Source: Macrostomum lignano (taxonomy: Eukaryota). Taken from it: a stretch of 64,000 nt of DNA. Of this stretch, positions 39,201 to 50,800 are shown piece after piece. A program made the position numbers and the translations under genes. The stretch covers positions 62,001-126,000 of the forward strand of contig NIVC01000939.1 of assembly GCA_002269645.1 (NCBI GenBank), read 5' to 3'. Every line of letters starts with the position of its first letter. Position 1 is the stretch's first letter. The notes beneath the pieces were generated by a model. The model saw nothing but the letters and a program-made list of their open reading frames with translations. It did no database searches and was not told the origin of the DNA.

Positions 39201-42200
39201 GAGTGCATAACACCCACCGCATTTATTTGCAATTAATTTCTAGCTTTTTGTTAAGGCCAAATTTGCTGGATTCGATTTCATTAGAAACGCTCTTCGAGAC
39301 ATTGGCTGTCTACATTTATGAGCCCTGAAAGGTCCTGGAAAATGAGACAAAAGTCGTTCCTTAATTTTTGCGGAGATCTTTACAATTCTTAAGCAAGTGA
39401 ATAGACAAGTCAGCTGACTTGAGTTGACTAGCTAATTAGCTGTATAGCGAGTGACCCACCTGACAGATGCAATCAGAGGTAGGCGATGGGGATCCCTGAA
39501 GAGTAGCCAATGTCGCGATAAGGTATATAAAACCGTATACGGCTTCAAAAAAAGTTGATGGTAGCATCGAAGTCCAGCTGCCCATCCGAGTGACATTCAG
39601 AAGGTCAGCATTTTTTGTTTCTGAAAGTACGTAGAAGTGCATAGAAATATACGATTTGCAGTTGTGCACAACTGAATTCAGTATTTCTGTTCGTGGACGG
39701 CTAAATCGAATTCGATTCAATTCGTAGTCGTGGAAAATGTATGGAACAATGACCCGTTCTTTATTTAATTTTCTGCTACTGTGATAAGCCCAAGATTTGG
39801 CTGCAAATCCAGTTCAATCATCCAGAATTCACCTGGACTCGTGTGCTAATCCGGTTCACTCTCCCGGAATTCGCCCGGATTTGTGTGCTGATCCGGTTCA
39901 CTCGCCCGGAATTAGCCCGGATTTGTGTGCTGATCCGGTTCACTCGCCCGGAATTCGCCCGGATTTATGTGCTGATCCGGTTTACTCGCCCGGAATTAGC
40001 CCGGATTTATGTGCTGATCCGGTTTACTCGCCCGGAATTAGCCCGGATTTGTGTGCTGATCCGGTTCACTCGCCCGGATTTGTGTGCTGATCCGGTTCAC
40101 TCGCCCGGAATTAGCCCGGATTTGTGTGCTGATCCGGTTCACTCGCCCGGAATTTAGCCCGGATTTGTGTGCTGATCCGGTTCACTCGCCCGGAATTTAG
40201 CCCGGATTTGTGTGCTGATCCGGTTCACTCGCCCGGAATTTAGCCCGGATTTGTGTGCTGATCCGGTTCACTCGCCCGGAATTTAGCCCGGATTTGTGTG
40301 CTGATCCGTTCCACTCGCCCGGATCGCACCCGGAACAGTCACCGGATTTTTTTTAGCGATCCGGGTCTATTTTCCGGAATTTTTCTTTTTGATCCGGAAA
40401 TTTCGCCCGGATTCTGTAAACTTTCGTTACAGATCCGGAATTTCCACCCGGATCAGATTGCATTACTGGAATAGGAAAAAATTCCGGGTGAACGCAAAAA
40501 ATTCCGGGCGAAATTCCGGGTGAAAAGTTCGACGGGAGCATTGGTAGTTAAATATGAAAACTGTCTGTCTCACTAAACTTGTGTACTTTACTTAAGTGTA
40601 CTTAAATGTTCTGCTACTAGAGTCGTGTAAAGATCTTTTAGGGCTGGGTGCAAAATCTAATGGGTCAATTCGATTCACAACCCGTCCACGTTCCTGTCGG
40701 TCCGGTTGTTTAACTTGCTTCGGTTTTCACTAGGACCCATTGCTAGATGTAAACAGGATGATTAACGCTTCATCCGGTTCCATTTAAGTTTTTTTTCAGA
40801 AAATGAACCGTCTCTTCCATATCTCCAGAAATGTACAGTCATGAACTTTCTCTCTCAACTGCAGGGATCTCCTGCCACCTGGGGATCTCCAACCTGACCG
40901 CCCTGCCGAACGTCAGCCTGTCGAACTACAACAGCTCCGCTGCTCACAGGTATCTGGACACAGCCGTGATTTCGTGCTCCAACTCAAGCACTCACGAGTT
41001 CGCACTGGCGCCCAGCGTCCTGCAGTTCGACATTCAGTGCAATGCCGACCGGGTGTGGACGAATGAGTCGGTGTGGAGCCAGGGCTGCAGATGTAAGTTT
41101 TGTTTCTGAGCAGCTCTCTCCAGATCTAGGTTTCAGGTTTGCTTTCCTTTCTAATTATCTATCGCGTGCATATTGATCACTCCAGTGAAGTTCTGTTCCG
41201 GCTTCAATGATAGACTGGTCGAGGTCTACACGGCTTTTCGACACAACGGTAGCGTCGCCTCCCTCCACAACCAGACAGTGAGGAGCAGCGTGGCGCCTCT
41301 CGCCAATTCCAGCGTGGCCTCATCGCCTGTATGGACCGAAGTGCAGCTAAGTTGTCCAAGCACGCACGTTCTGCCGCGCGACTCCCCGGAAGTAATTCGG
41401 TGCCAGGACAACAAGAACTGGTCCAGCTATAGTTATTGCATCCGTAAGTAACAATGGAAACGATACGAACTTCCAACTGTTTGCATGCATTCAGACGCCG
41501 CATCTCATGAACCCTTTCCAGGGCTTGCCTGTCCTTCGCCACCGAACCCTCTGGAGGCTCGCATCAGCCGTAGCTTCCTCAACGAGCCGGCGGATCCTCA
41601 ACTGCGACTGTTTGACAGCATCTTCTACAAAGCTATCGGTAGGTCCTTCTTCACCATCATCAACTCTACCTGGTGGCTGAGCACCTGCCTGCTGAATGAG
41701 TCAAGCGGTCTGCCCTACTGGACTGAGCTATTCCCCTTGGACCGTGAGTCTTGCTGATTATTCATATAAAGAAGATTAGAAGAGTAGTATAGAGCGATTT
41801 CTGGGAACACAAGACAGTATTTCGAGAATCCAGTTTGAGAAACTGAGCACTTAAAGCTTTCGACCTCGGTGTTCAAATGCGTGCTGGCTTTCTTGTACTA
41901 CTTGCTTTATGTAGAATCTTGAGAAGGAGACTTGCAAAAATAAATTGTTGCTACACGTTTCGACCTTTTAGCGGGCGAGTGCAGACCGAGCGTCCAGGAT
42001 TTATTATCCAGCATGTCGAACATTTCCCTGACCGGAAACTCGAGCCAGCTAAACCAGACCATCTCCGTGCGCTGTCCGGACGCAGCATCACAGGAGTTCC
42101 TGGACGCACCGTCCGTGACCGAGTTTCTCTCCGTGTGCCAGCCGGATGGGCAGTGGAGCAACTTCAGCCAGTGGCAACGTGGCTGCGGCGGTGAGTTCCA

Positions 42201-43229
42201 AAGATGCGACTTCAGGTTTTTGTTTGCATCGATTCCCTGACACCATCCAAGGACTTGTAGATTTCTAGTGGACACAAGCAGTATAACTCTAGTAAAGAAT
42301 TATTTAAGTAGGCTTTTTCTTTAAATTATGATTCAAGTAAATGGGATTTGGGACGAAGAACAAAACCGCAACTTTTCCGAACCAGATCGAACCTGCAATG
42401 TCATTTCCGCGTTTGAGCGGCTTTTCACCATCGCGGAGATCGATGAGAACGCCCAGATTGCTGGGTACCGCAACATCAGCCTGCCGCCGCTCATCCTGAC
42501 GCTGCCTGCCTCTGCCCCTCTGAATGGGAAGCTGCCGGTGGGGACTCACCTGGTTCTCGGCTGCCCGCCAGGGCTTCGGCTTCCGAGCAGCGCTCCGAGC
42601 TTTGCCGAGTGCAGGCAAGACAGGACCTGGAGTTCCTACCACCTGTGCCAGCGTGAGTTAAAGCCCACTTAAAGAGTGTACGAGCTATATGATGGTTTGA
42701 GTAGCAGCAGCTTAAAAGTACATGTGTGTGTTCTGAATTTTATCAGGCAAGCAATGTCCGCTGCCCCCTTTTGTGTTCGGAGCCGAGGCCGTCGACTTAC
42801 ATCTGCTGGAGCCAGCAGAGAAATATCGCCTGCACGATGTAGTCCAGTACAGAGCTGAGTACGGCCGCCTGTTCTCAGGCGTCAACAGCACGAACTCCTA
42901 CTCAAAGTGTACTGCCGGGGAGAGCGAAGAAAATGGATTCTGGACCCCTGTGCCTCCAACTTTCATCGCCTGTGAGTCTTATATTTTTCTATTTTATGCC
43001 CGCCTTTCTGTACATCAAACTGTATGTACCATTTGAAAACTGGAGCGAGTTGTCAAACAAGTTTAAAGCTTAGTTGCAGGTTTCAGAAACAGCAGCCTTT
43101 CGGCGATACTTGTGACGGACGGCTTGTGCAGAAATGGTGAGTAATTGAAACTGTAATAATTGTAATTATTGATATTCCTCTGTAGGCTTGTGTACATTTT
43201 TGCGAAAAGGAAAAATGTATTTAAAATAA
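13040..43229 (+). CDS. giant secreted mosaic protein (~4,340 aa): CCP/Sushi, WSC, C-type lectin, F5/8C-like
   Basis: At least 51 exons linked with consistent phases; the summed CDS through exon 51 (ends 42971) is 13,024 nt with no stop. Exon 1 (13040-13136) encodes signal peptide MTGSGEISLRLGSVPTILLLVLVTATGALA. Terminal exons 43080-43136 and 43186-43229 (followed by AATAAA) are tentative. Confidence 0.85.
13529..18533 (+). CDS. N-terminal block of the giant gene: alternating A/B divergent CCP-like modules
   Basis: Exons 13529-13810, 13947-14219, 14490-14768, 15048-15320, 15485-15769, 15981-16253, 16356-16634, 16721-16993, 17538-17849, 18341-18533. The first nine show a C..C..C-W..C pattern and are phase 1-1. 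Confidence 0.85.
17866..18285. repeat. (TTAG)n microsatellite filling an intron
   Basis: About 100 units, starting ~16 nt after the donor at 17850. Confidence 0.98.
18848..32020 (+). CDS. central block of the giant gene: 7 WSC, 5 CTLD, F5/8C-like and unassigned segments
   Basis: Exons 18848-19242, 20375-20785, 20950-21132, 21230-21517, 22154-22471, 22657-23098, 23192-24153, 24663-24962, 25271-25387, 25475-25657, 25863-26447, 27823-27945, 28012-28425, 28533-28802, 28978-29107, 29192-29280, 29354-29439, 29513-29672, 29753-29920, 30220-30441, 31389-31439, 31520-31666, 31889-32020. WSC motifs (YxGCF..C..C..CxC..C..CGG); CTLD motifs (CxxGW..GSCY..A..C..L..FWVGL); discoidin-like VSGYILQG..FRYQY..FGND..FEKPVLTSHFKL. 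Confidence 0.8.
24463..24527. repeat. 14-bp tandem repeat TTGGGGTCTGCCAT (about 4.5 copies) beside a SINE fragment
   Basis: Seen directly in the sequence. Confidence 0.9.
26816..27714 (+). mobile_element. defective Tc1/IS630-like DNA transposon with long inverted repeats
   Basis: 26816-26925 is the inverted copy of ~27595-27714. The internal remnant reads VADNARAH ... YSPFLNATEMAISCMKA ... AITEEKCRQW, matching the DNAxxH and PYSPxLNPIE motifs of the DDE_3 family. Confidence 0.7.
30458..30985. repeat. 11-bp minisatellite GATGTTACAG(A/G/T) in an intron
   Basis: About 48 units, starting ~16 nt after the donor at 30442. Confidence 0.97.
32137..42971 (+). CDS. C-terminal block of the giant gene: 17 CCP-like modules
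   Basis: Phase 1-1 exons 32137-32361, 32531-32791, 32936-33187, 33305-33532, 33642-33878, 33952-34170, 34263-34508, 34606-34824, 34930-35175, 35262-35480, 35802-36059, 40865-41092, 41186-41443, 41522-41743, 41972-42190, 42386-42652, 42747-42971. Confidence 0.85.
36430..36970. repeat. 120-bp subterminal tandem array (~4.5 copies)
   Basis: TTCGGGACTTGAGT recurs at 36471, 36591, 36711, 36831 and 36951. Confidence 0.95.
37592..38148. repeat. 58-bp tandem array (~9.5 copies) inside the transposon
   Basis: GGCTCAAGGCAGCTGATAAGCTGACC recurs at 37596, 37654, 37712 and onward. Confidence 0.97.
39841..40322. repeat. 42/43-bp subterminal tandem array (~11 copies)
   Basis: Unit GTGTGCTGATCCGGTTCACTCGCCCGGAATTAGCCCGGATTT at 39841, 39883, 39925 and onward. 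Confidence 0.95.
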
Positions 43230-44867
43230 AATGTACATGTACTTGTCAATCAGTTTCAACATTCATGCATCATGGCTGCATGGACCATCAGAAATCATAC
43301 ATGGTAGGTATGTTACCAGGTAAGGGGCATGGTATCAATTGAACTACGCTCGTACTTGCCGGTGCTTCATGATCTGTGTATTTTTGCTTTCAATTTAAAA
43401 TTGCGCAGGTTAAAACGTGTCTGGTGCTATTTTAACAAATGCTCAATGGCTGTACATATCTCTATGCATTCTTTGTCTCCATCGATAACCGTTTTTGTTT
43501 ACGCCTATAATTTACGATTGATATTGCACTAGAATTCAATCGGAATCACAATTAAGTTTTTATTTATGTTACCCGGTAATATCTGTCATATTACATGCGT
43601 CTGTCACATGACGACTTCGTCCTTTATTTTGAAGTGCGGTAAAAACAGGCTTTGAAATGAATTGATGAATTGAATGAATGAAATGTTTCATTGAAATTCG
43701 AGTTTTTATTGATCCTTGAAGTTTTTATCATCTTTACACTTCTGGTCTATACAAGTAATGCTTCTACCGCGTTTTATCCATATTTCGTTCGTACAGGTTT
43801 TGAGAAGTCTAGACTTGTAAATGCTAGCCGTGTTCAATTGCTCTGAATCTCTTAATTTTCCCGCGTGAGGCTTCTTTAATTTGGGGAGTGTACGCTGCAT
43901 GTTCCTACATAATGTTTTTCCAGTTGTTGTATTTGTCCCTAGCCCAATTTTTTCATGGTAAAGTCCAATTAAAAAATAAAAATATACATTTTTCGTTTTA
44001 GTTAACACAACACTGTACACACATGCATGTACATGTGTATGTATATTGCACTTTGCTAGCCTCCAATTTCTAAATTCCTTTTTAAATCATAATTTGACTA
44101 AACTTTGTGAATAAACCTTGGGCAGAACGCGAATGTTCCATTGTCAACCCTGAAGCTTAGGATGTAGATATAACTTAGTGCAAGCGACCTAAAAGTTAAA
44201 TATTCATTCCTATCTCGAAAATCTTCCTTTGCGGCGAAAATCCTCGCATCTAATAGACAAATTAGAGAGAAGTGAGACTAGCTGAGGCGAACAACCGTGC
44301 TGAATCTCAAAGCGCAGGTTCCCTGCCAAGCAGCAGGTTGACGACAACAAACACGAACAGGTGTACGTCCTCTTTGAGTGAAATCTGCATTGCATCGTAG
44401 CATGCTAGCTGTGTATATTTCTATACTGATGCGCGAATATCCTAAGCAAATGCCTAATATTAAAGAGTTAGAAATAGTCATGTAGAAGCAGTTTTGAAGC
44501 TGTCCTTGCTTCCTAATGAACGTATGTGGGTACAACATGTACAGCAGTACACATCTAATTAATAAATATTAAATGCCAATGAAGTTTTATCTTTCTTTCT
44601 TTCTAAATGTTAAAAACACAAGAAATTGTTTGCATGTACATTATTTGTACAATTCATGTACAATGTCCGTCCCGTCACATTTTACCGCATTTGTTTATAT
44701 GAACAACAGGTTAAAAACAATTTAAATCAACTAACTTTGCTCATGAAGTTCACGCATACGCGAACTTGCGGATCTCGGAGCCATAGCTGCTGAGTTGTCT
44801 TGCTGGTGTTGCAGTGGCCTAGTAAAAAATCAATATCTGTGAACCGTTCTTCACCCGCTGAATCAAT

Positions 44868-47800
44868 ATGAGGACTACAAGATGTAAGTACCATTTCAGT
44901 TATATTAATAATATATCAGAATAAATGGAGGTGTAAAATTAAAAAAGTTATTAAGAAAAAGTTAACCTGCCTAGGTTCTATTCTATTGACTTTTCTCCAA
45001 AATACTTATTTAGTGGGATTCCTTGTGAATTCTTGGAATTAAGAGTCAAACAAACTATATTCTAAGGCTTTCAATTTTGCTTTCACAAACCTGTTTCTAG
45101 GTTATTAAAATTTTGGGTCAAGATAATTTTATAATGTAGAAAGTAGGCCTAAGCAATTTTACCTAGGCCTATCCTCTGCAATAATTGTTTTTTATGATAA
45201 TGAAACACCTATATCTAGTTAGCTTTTTGCTAGGCCTATATAGCTTTGCTCTGTGTGGGATTTGAATCTTTTCTCTCTGTAGAGTCCTAATGTCAAATAA
45301 GCCTAGATTTTTAGCTAAGCTTATTGAGTCAAGTATGAGGGGTATTTCAAAAGTAACAAGAATGTTGTTATAAATTTTGATTGGATGAACGTATGAACCT
45401 CAAAACCTGAAATTTTTACCTACCATTTTTACTAGTGATGGATCCAAATATCCAAATGGAATAGAATAGAATCCAAATCCAAAGTCTTATTTTTTAGAAA
45501 TATGATTATGAATGTTTTGGATTAGGAAATTTTGTTTTCTGATATTTCCAAATGGGCTTCTGACTGACTATGAAAAAATCAAGAAACCTAAATGGATCCA
45601 GGACTATTCATCTGCCAGACTATTTGTCTGCCCTAGACAAATGGTAAGTGGATTATTTGTCTATTGGTGCTAAATAGTAGATATGGCAACCAACATAGTT
45701 TCTGGATACTTTGGTGACAAAAACTATGTAACAAACAATGCTTAGTGTGGCAAAAATAAAATTACCGTAAAAATAAAAAAAAACATATATCATTTTAAAA
45801 AATGAGAATAATTAATAAAACAAAATAGTTACGTCTATTACAAATTAAGGCACATTTCCTTATACTATAGAAAATTTAGAATGTTGTTTGAAAATTAATT
45901 TTATTGTCATAATTTTGCAAATTAAGTTTCTTGCAGCAAAGAATTGTTTAGCATAATTTACACAGTGATTTCATATATTTCAATGCTTTTATATGCTGTA
46001 CCAAAAGCTTGAACAAGTATAGCTAAGAATTGTAAGCAAATGATTGTGCATGGTGGTTGTATTTCTTCCACCCATTATATACCAGCTAAAGCTTTGGTAC
46101 GCCAGATGTATGCCAGCTGAAGCATTTGTATGCCGGAATTTTCTGGCATATACTATACCTTCTGCAATATGGGTAGTAGTGCTGTCTTATCTACTTTTCT
46201 AAACTATGCCACAGTAAAAAAGAAAGCCAGTGTATTGTAATCTACACAAATGAAAGTACCCTGCTATCAAAAATGACTTTTAGATATTGTGCCAATGCAA
46301 CATTGCAATAAATCATAGAATGCTGGTAGCGCGTGCCACCACTGTCAACAATTTCAAAGCCAACTTTTTCTTCATTTTTTAATTCTAAAATATAATTGTT
46401 TGAAAAATAAAGGTGAATTTTTTTTACTCTTCTTGCTTATTAGTGCAGCATCTCTTGAATTTTTTTAAAACTTTTCAATTTGGACTGTTTGTCTGCTTGC
46501 AAGTTGTCTGCCTCCTACCTAAATGGGCTACTTCTTATAAAGGCCCACCCTTTCTGTTTTCTATGGGCAAATTTGCTTAGGAATAATCTTGCAAGTTGAG
46601 TTGCATAGCACTGCTAATTGAAGTTGCAATTTCTGATTAATGTGGCCATAGAATATTTTATGAAAGTGGCTCATTTTTTTCCAACTGAGACTAGGCCTAT
46701 GGAACATCCAAAAAAGTTCAGGATTCTAGGAGAATCAACAAACTGGTACATCACTAGGGCCTACAAGAAGTGTATTTAGATGAATAGCAGCTTTGTAGAG
46801 CTTGCTGAAATCACTGGAAAAAATAGACAATAGTACAGATTTTTTACTTTATGAACATGTTTAAACTTGGCTATTTTTGCCATAGACTAAAAGCGTAACT
46901 TTTAAGGTATAGACTTACCTTTACAGTTATATAATTGTGTGTAACTATATAAAGCTTAAAATAAAGCTATTAGTTGTCCATATATTTTTTTGGGTAAAAA
47001 TTTTAGGTTGATACATTTATCCAATCAAGTTCTAACAAATTTTTTATTACTTTTGAAACACCCCTTGTAGTAAAAAATTTTGGGTCTAGTCAAAATCATT
47101 ATTCTAAATTGTTTCATGATGATGATGACTTAGCCAATCTGTAAGACTTTAACATTTAAATATAATGAAATTTTCAACTTTCATAGAGATGAAACTCAAT
47201 TAAACAAAATAACATAGGACCCTAGAATAAACTGAAACATTTTTATAATAGCTAAGGAATAATCTTGACTAAGTTTAAAATATATCTGCTTGTAATTATA
47301 GTTATCAAACCATTACAACATAATATTCTACTTATTTCTAGTTAACCTTGAGTATTCAATTAAACTATTAATTTTAATATAGGAGTTAGTCCAAGGCATT
47401 ATATCTTTTAAGCAGCTAGTATACAAGTAAATGTAATTTAAAGTTGAAAATCATTTTTGGCAAACTAGAACATGTTGCCACTATGAGAGCTAAGATCCTT
47501 GTGCAGCCAATGAAACATACATGTAATTATGGCAATTTAGTGAGTGCAGCATTGTCCAATGTTAAGACAAAGACAATTTATATATTTAGTTGTTTTTTGT
47601 TAACCCACATGATAATCTCAAATATGACAACTTCAGCTGGAGCCCAAATTTTGAGTACTTTAGTCAAGCTTAAATAGTTTTTATTTGGCTATTCTTAGAC
47701 TATATTGGTATGTTAAATTATATGTTACTATAACAGCTATATAATCTATAAGTTAAGCCTGTCATAGTCAAGGGTCATAACATGCATCATAACTGACCAA

Positions 47801-50800
47801 TCAGTTTTTACCAACATTAAAACCAATTTTAATGAGTTACAGTTACTTTGGTAATAGTCAGTTTGGTGACATCCATTTCAGTGACAAGTTACTTTGGTGC
47901 CAAATATGTGAACATGTATGCATTGAGCATTCACATAGATGCGGGATGCTGTGGACATGTCCCCTTGTCCCCTTGAAGGGGGATTTTATTTTATTGCCTT
48001 TGTATTTTGCTAACATTAGAAATGGATTGATATCTTTGTCCCCCCATGACATGAATCCATCAATTTATGGAATTTTTAGAAGGCATCATTTATGTCAGAA
48101 TTTTCTGGTATGCATTTGATTTGGCTCGAACAATTTTTTTTCTAATATGAATTCTAACATGTATCAAACTGGTACAGAGTAGGGATAAGGACTTCAACTA
48201 TTTAATGCTTCTCTTTGAATTTCGTCGGTTTTTCCCCTTGTACTTTTTGGTGCTTTGTTAATTGGCTTTGTAATATATCAACGATATATCCTACACTACT
48301 ACCTGCATTTGTGATCAAGTCTGGTTGGCTGGGTATACTCAGATGGAGACCCTACCTTAGAGATAATTAAAGGGGTATATATGCTATTTAAAAATTGCTT
48401 AAAGTTTATAAGCATGTGTGCACTCAGATGAATCTTACTGACCTAACACTAGCTTGAATATCAGGGAAGAAACATAGGCGTATCCGAAAACTCAGGATCT
48501 GAAGATTTAGTGTTATCAGCACACTATACTCATTAGTAATATTTTGCATGTCATTTGCAGTTGTCAACTTGCAAATCAGAAATTAGTTAATCCAGACAGA
48601 TTCATAATCAGCTTTAAGATTTGCAATTACTCGTAATTGAGCTTCCTATCACTAGTTTCCTTTGTGCATGTAAATTTACTACTTTCAGTAGTTTTGAATC
48701 CCCACCCAATGCATTGCAGTCGGAGTGCGCAACGAGAATGCCAGCCAGCTGGTGCCGCAGCAGAAGCAGCACGGGGCCATCGCTGGCCGGCCCGCTGCTG
48801 CCAAGCGCAATCCTCTGGCTGAAATCCGACCGCGCCCTCTGCAGCAGCAGAAAAGCAAAGAAGAGCCGGGGCGCGATGCCTGCGAGCTGCAGGGCATGGA
48901 GATTGACGAGGAGCAGCCGCAGCAGCTGAGCATGGCCATTGAGCAGCCTGAGACCGATCGTCACGCGCCCCTGCTGGCCCAGCTGCCCAAGGTTTTTGTC
49001 TTTACCGATGCTCTCCTTAATAGATGCATTACAGATTGACTAGATGCTGTTTAGAGTGACTAGATGCATTACAGATTGACTAGATGCAGTTTAGAGTGAC
49101 TGGATGCATTACAGAGTGACTAGATGCACTCCAGAGTGACTAGATGCATTCCAGAGTGACTAGATGCATTCCAGAGTGACTAGATGCATTCCAGAGTGAC
49201 TAGATGCATTCCAAAGTGACTAGATGCATTCCAGAGTGACTAGATGCGTTCCAAAGTGACTAGATGCATTCCAGAGTGACTAGATGCGTTCCAGAGTGAC
49301 TAGATGCATTTCAGAGTGACTAGATGCATTCCAGAGTGACTAGATGCATTCCAGAGTGACTAGATGCATTTCAAAGTGACTAGATGCATTCCAGAGTGAC
49401 TAGATGCATTCCAGAGTTATTAGATGCATTCCAGAGTGACTAGATGCATTTCAAAGTGACTAGATGCATTCCAGAGTGACTAGATGCATTCCAGAGTGAC
49501 TAGATACATTCCAGAGTGACTAGATGCATTCCAGAGTGACTAGATGCATTCCAGAGTGACTAGATGCATTCCAGAGTGATTAGATGCATTCCAGCGTGAC
49601 TAGATGCATTCCAGAGTGACTAGATGCATTCCAGAGTGACTAGATGCACTCCAGAGTGACTAGATGCACTCCAGAGTGACTAGATACATTGCAGTGACCA
49701 GACACATTGCAGAGCCGTAGTGACCAGAGCACGCAGGTTCCGCAGCTCATTCTTGGTACCCAACTCCCCGCCGCTCAGATCGTGGACGTGGACACGGCGG
49801 ACGAGAGCAGCCGGGACGCTCAGCTGGTGTCGTGCTATGTCAAGGAGATTTTCTCCTACCTGCAGTCGCTGGAGGGCACGCAGCGGGTGAGGCGGGACTA
49901 CCTGTGCCAGCCCGTGAAGCTGGAGATCACGCCCAGGATGCACCGGATTCTGTTCGACTGGCTTGTGCAGGCAAGTGGATTTTTAAACTTGACAATGCGA
50001 ACCCGGAAATCAGACAACGTTTTAGCAAATTTTATCCTTGTTTTAAACAAAATAATAATTAAGGAGATCCGATCTTGATCGAAATCAGTTGTCCAGTTGC
50101 CATGGATCCCCGAATCTGTCTACAGCGCAGCTCCAATCCAACCGCATTGCCAGGTGCACCACCGGTTCGGCCTGCTGCCGGAGACCCTGTACCTGGCGCT
50201 GCACATCATCGACTACTACATGACCCAGGAGGGCCAGTCGGTCGGCAAGGACAACTACCAGCTGCTGGGCGTCTCCGCCCTGTTCCTGGCCGCCAAGGTG
50301 GAGGAGATCTACCCGCCCTACATCCAGGATCTGGTTAACCTGACTGAGAACACCTGCCAGGGTGAGGCTGCGACCGTCGTGCCGGGGGAGAGGGTTGTCT
50401 GAGTTCAATGAGCTCAGTGCCATTGGTCACAGCTGTCAGTGGGGGCTCTTTGTGAAGGATCATGAGGGCCACAGCTGTCAGTGGGGGCTCATTGTGAAGG
50501 ATCATGTGGGCCACAGCTGTCAGTGGGGGCTCATTGTGAAGGATCATGAGGGCCACAGCTGTCAGTGAGGGCTCATTGTGAAGGATCATGAGGGCCACAG
50601 CTGTCAGTGGGGGCTCATTGTGAAGGATCATGAGGGCCACAGCTGTCAGTGAGGGCTCATTGTGAAGGATCATGAGGGCCACAGCTGTCAGTGAGGGCTC
50701 ATTGTGAAGAATCATGAGGGCCACAGCTGTCAGTGGGGGCTCATTGTGAAGGATCATGAGGGCCACAGCTGTCAGTGAGGGCTCATTGTGAAGGATCATG

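Larger units (their letters stand above)
36197..40536 (+). mobile_element. non-autonomous EnSpm/CMC-like DNA transposon (4,340 bp) in an intron
   Basis: TIRs CCCGTCGAAC(G/T)TTTCACCCGGAATTT at both ends; 2-bp TSD AG (36195-36196 / 40537-40538); subterminal CCGGA/CCCGG-rich arrays. CCC termini, a 2-bp TSD and subterminal repeats are typical of animal EnSpm-type elements. Confidence 0.75.
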
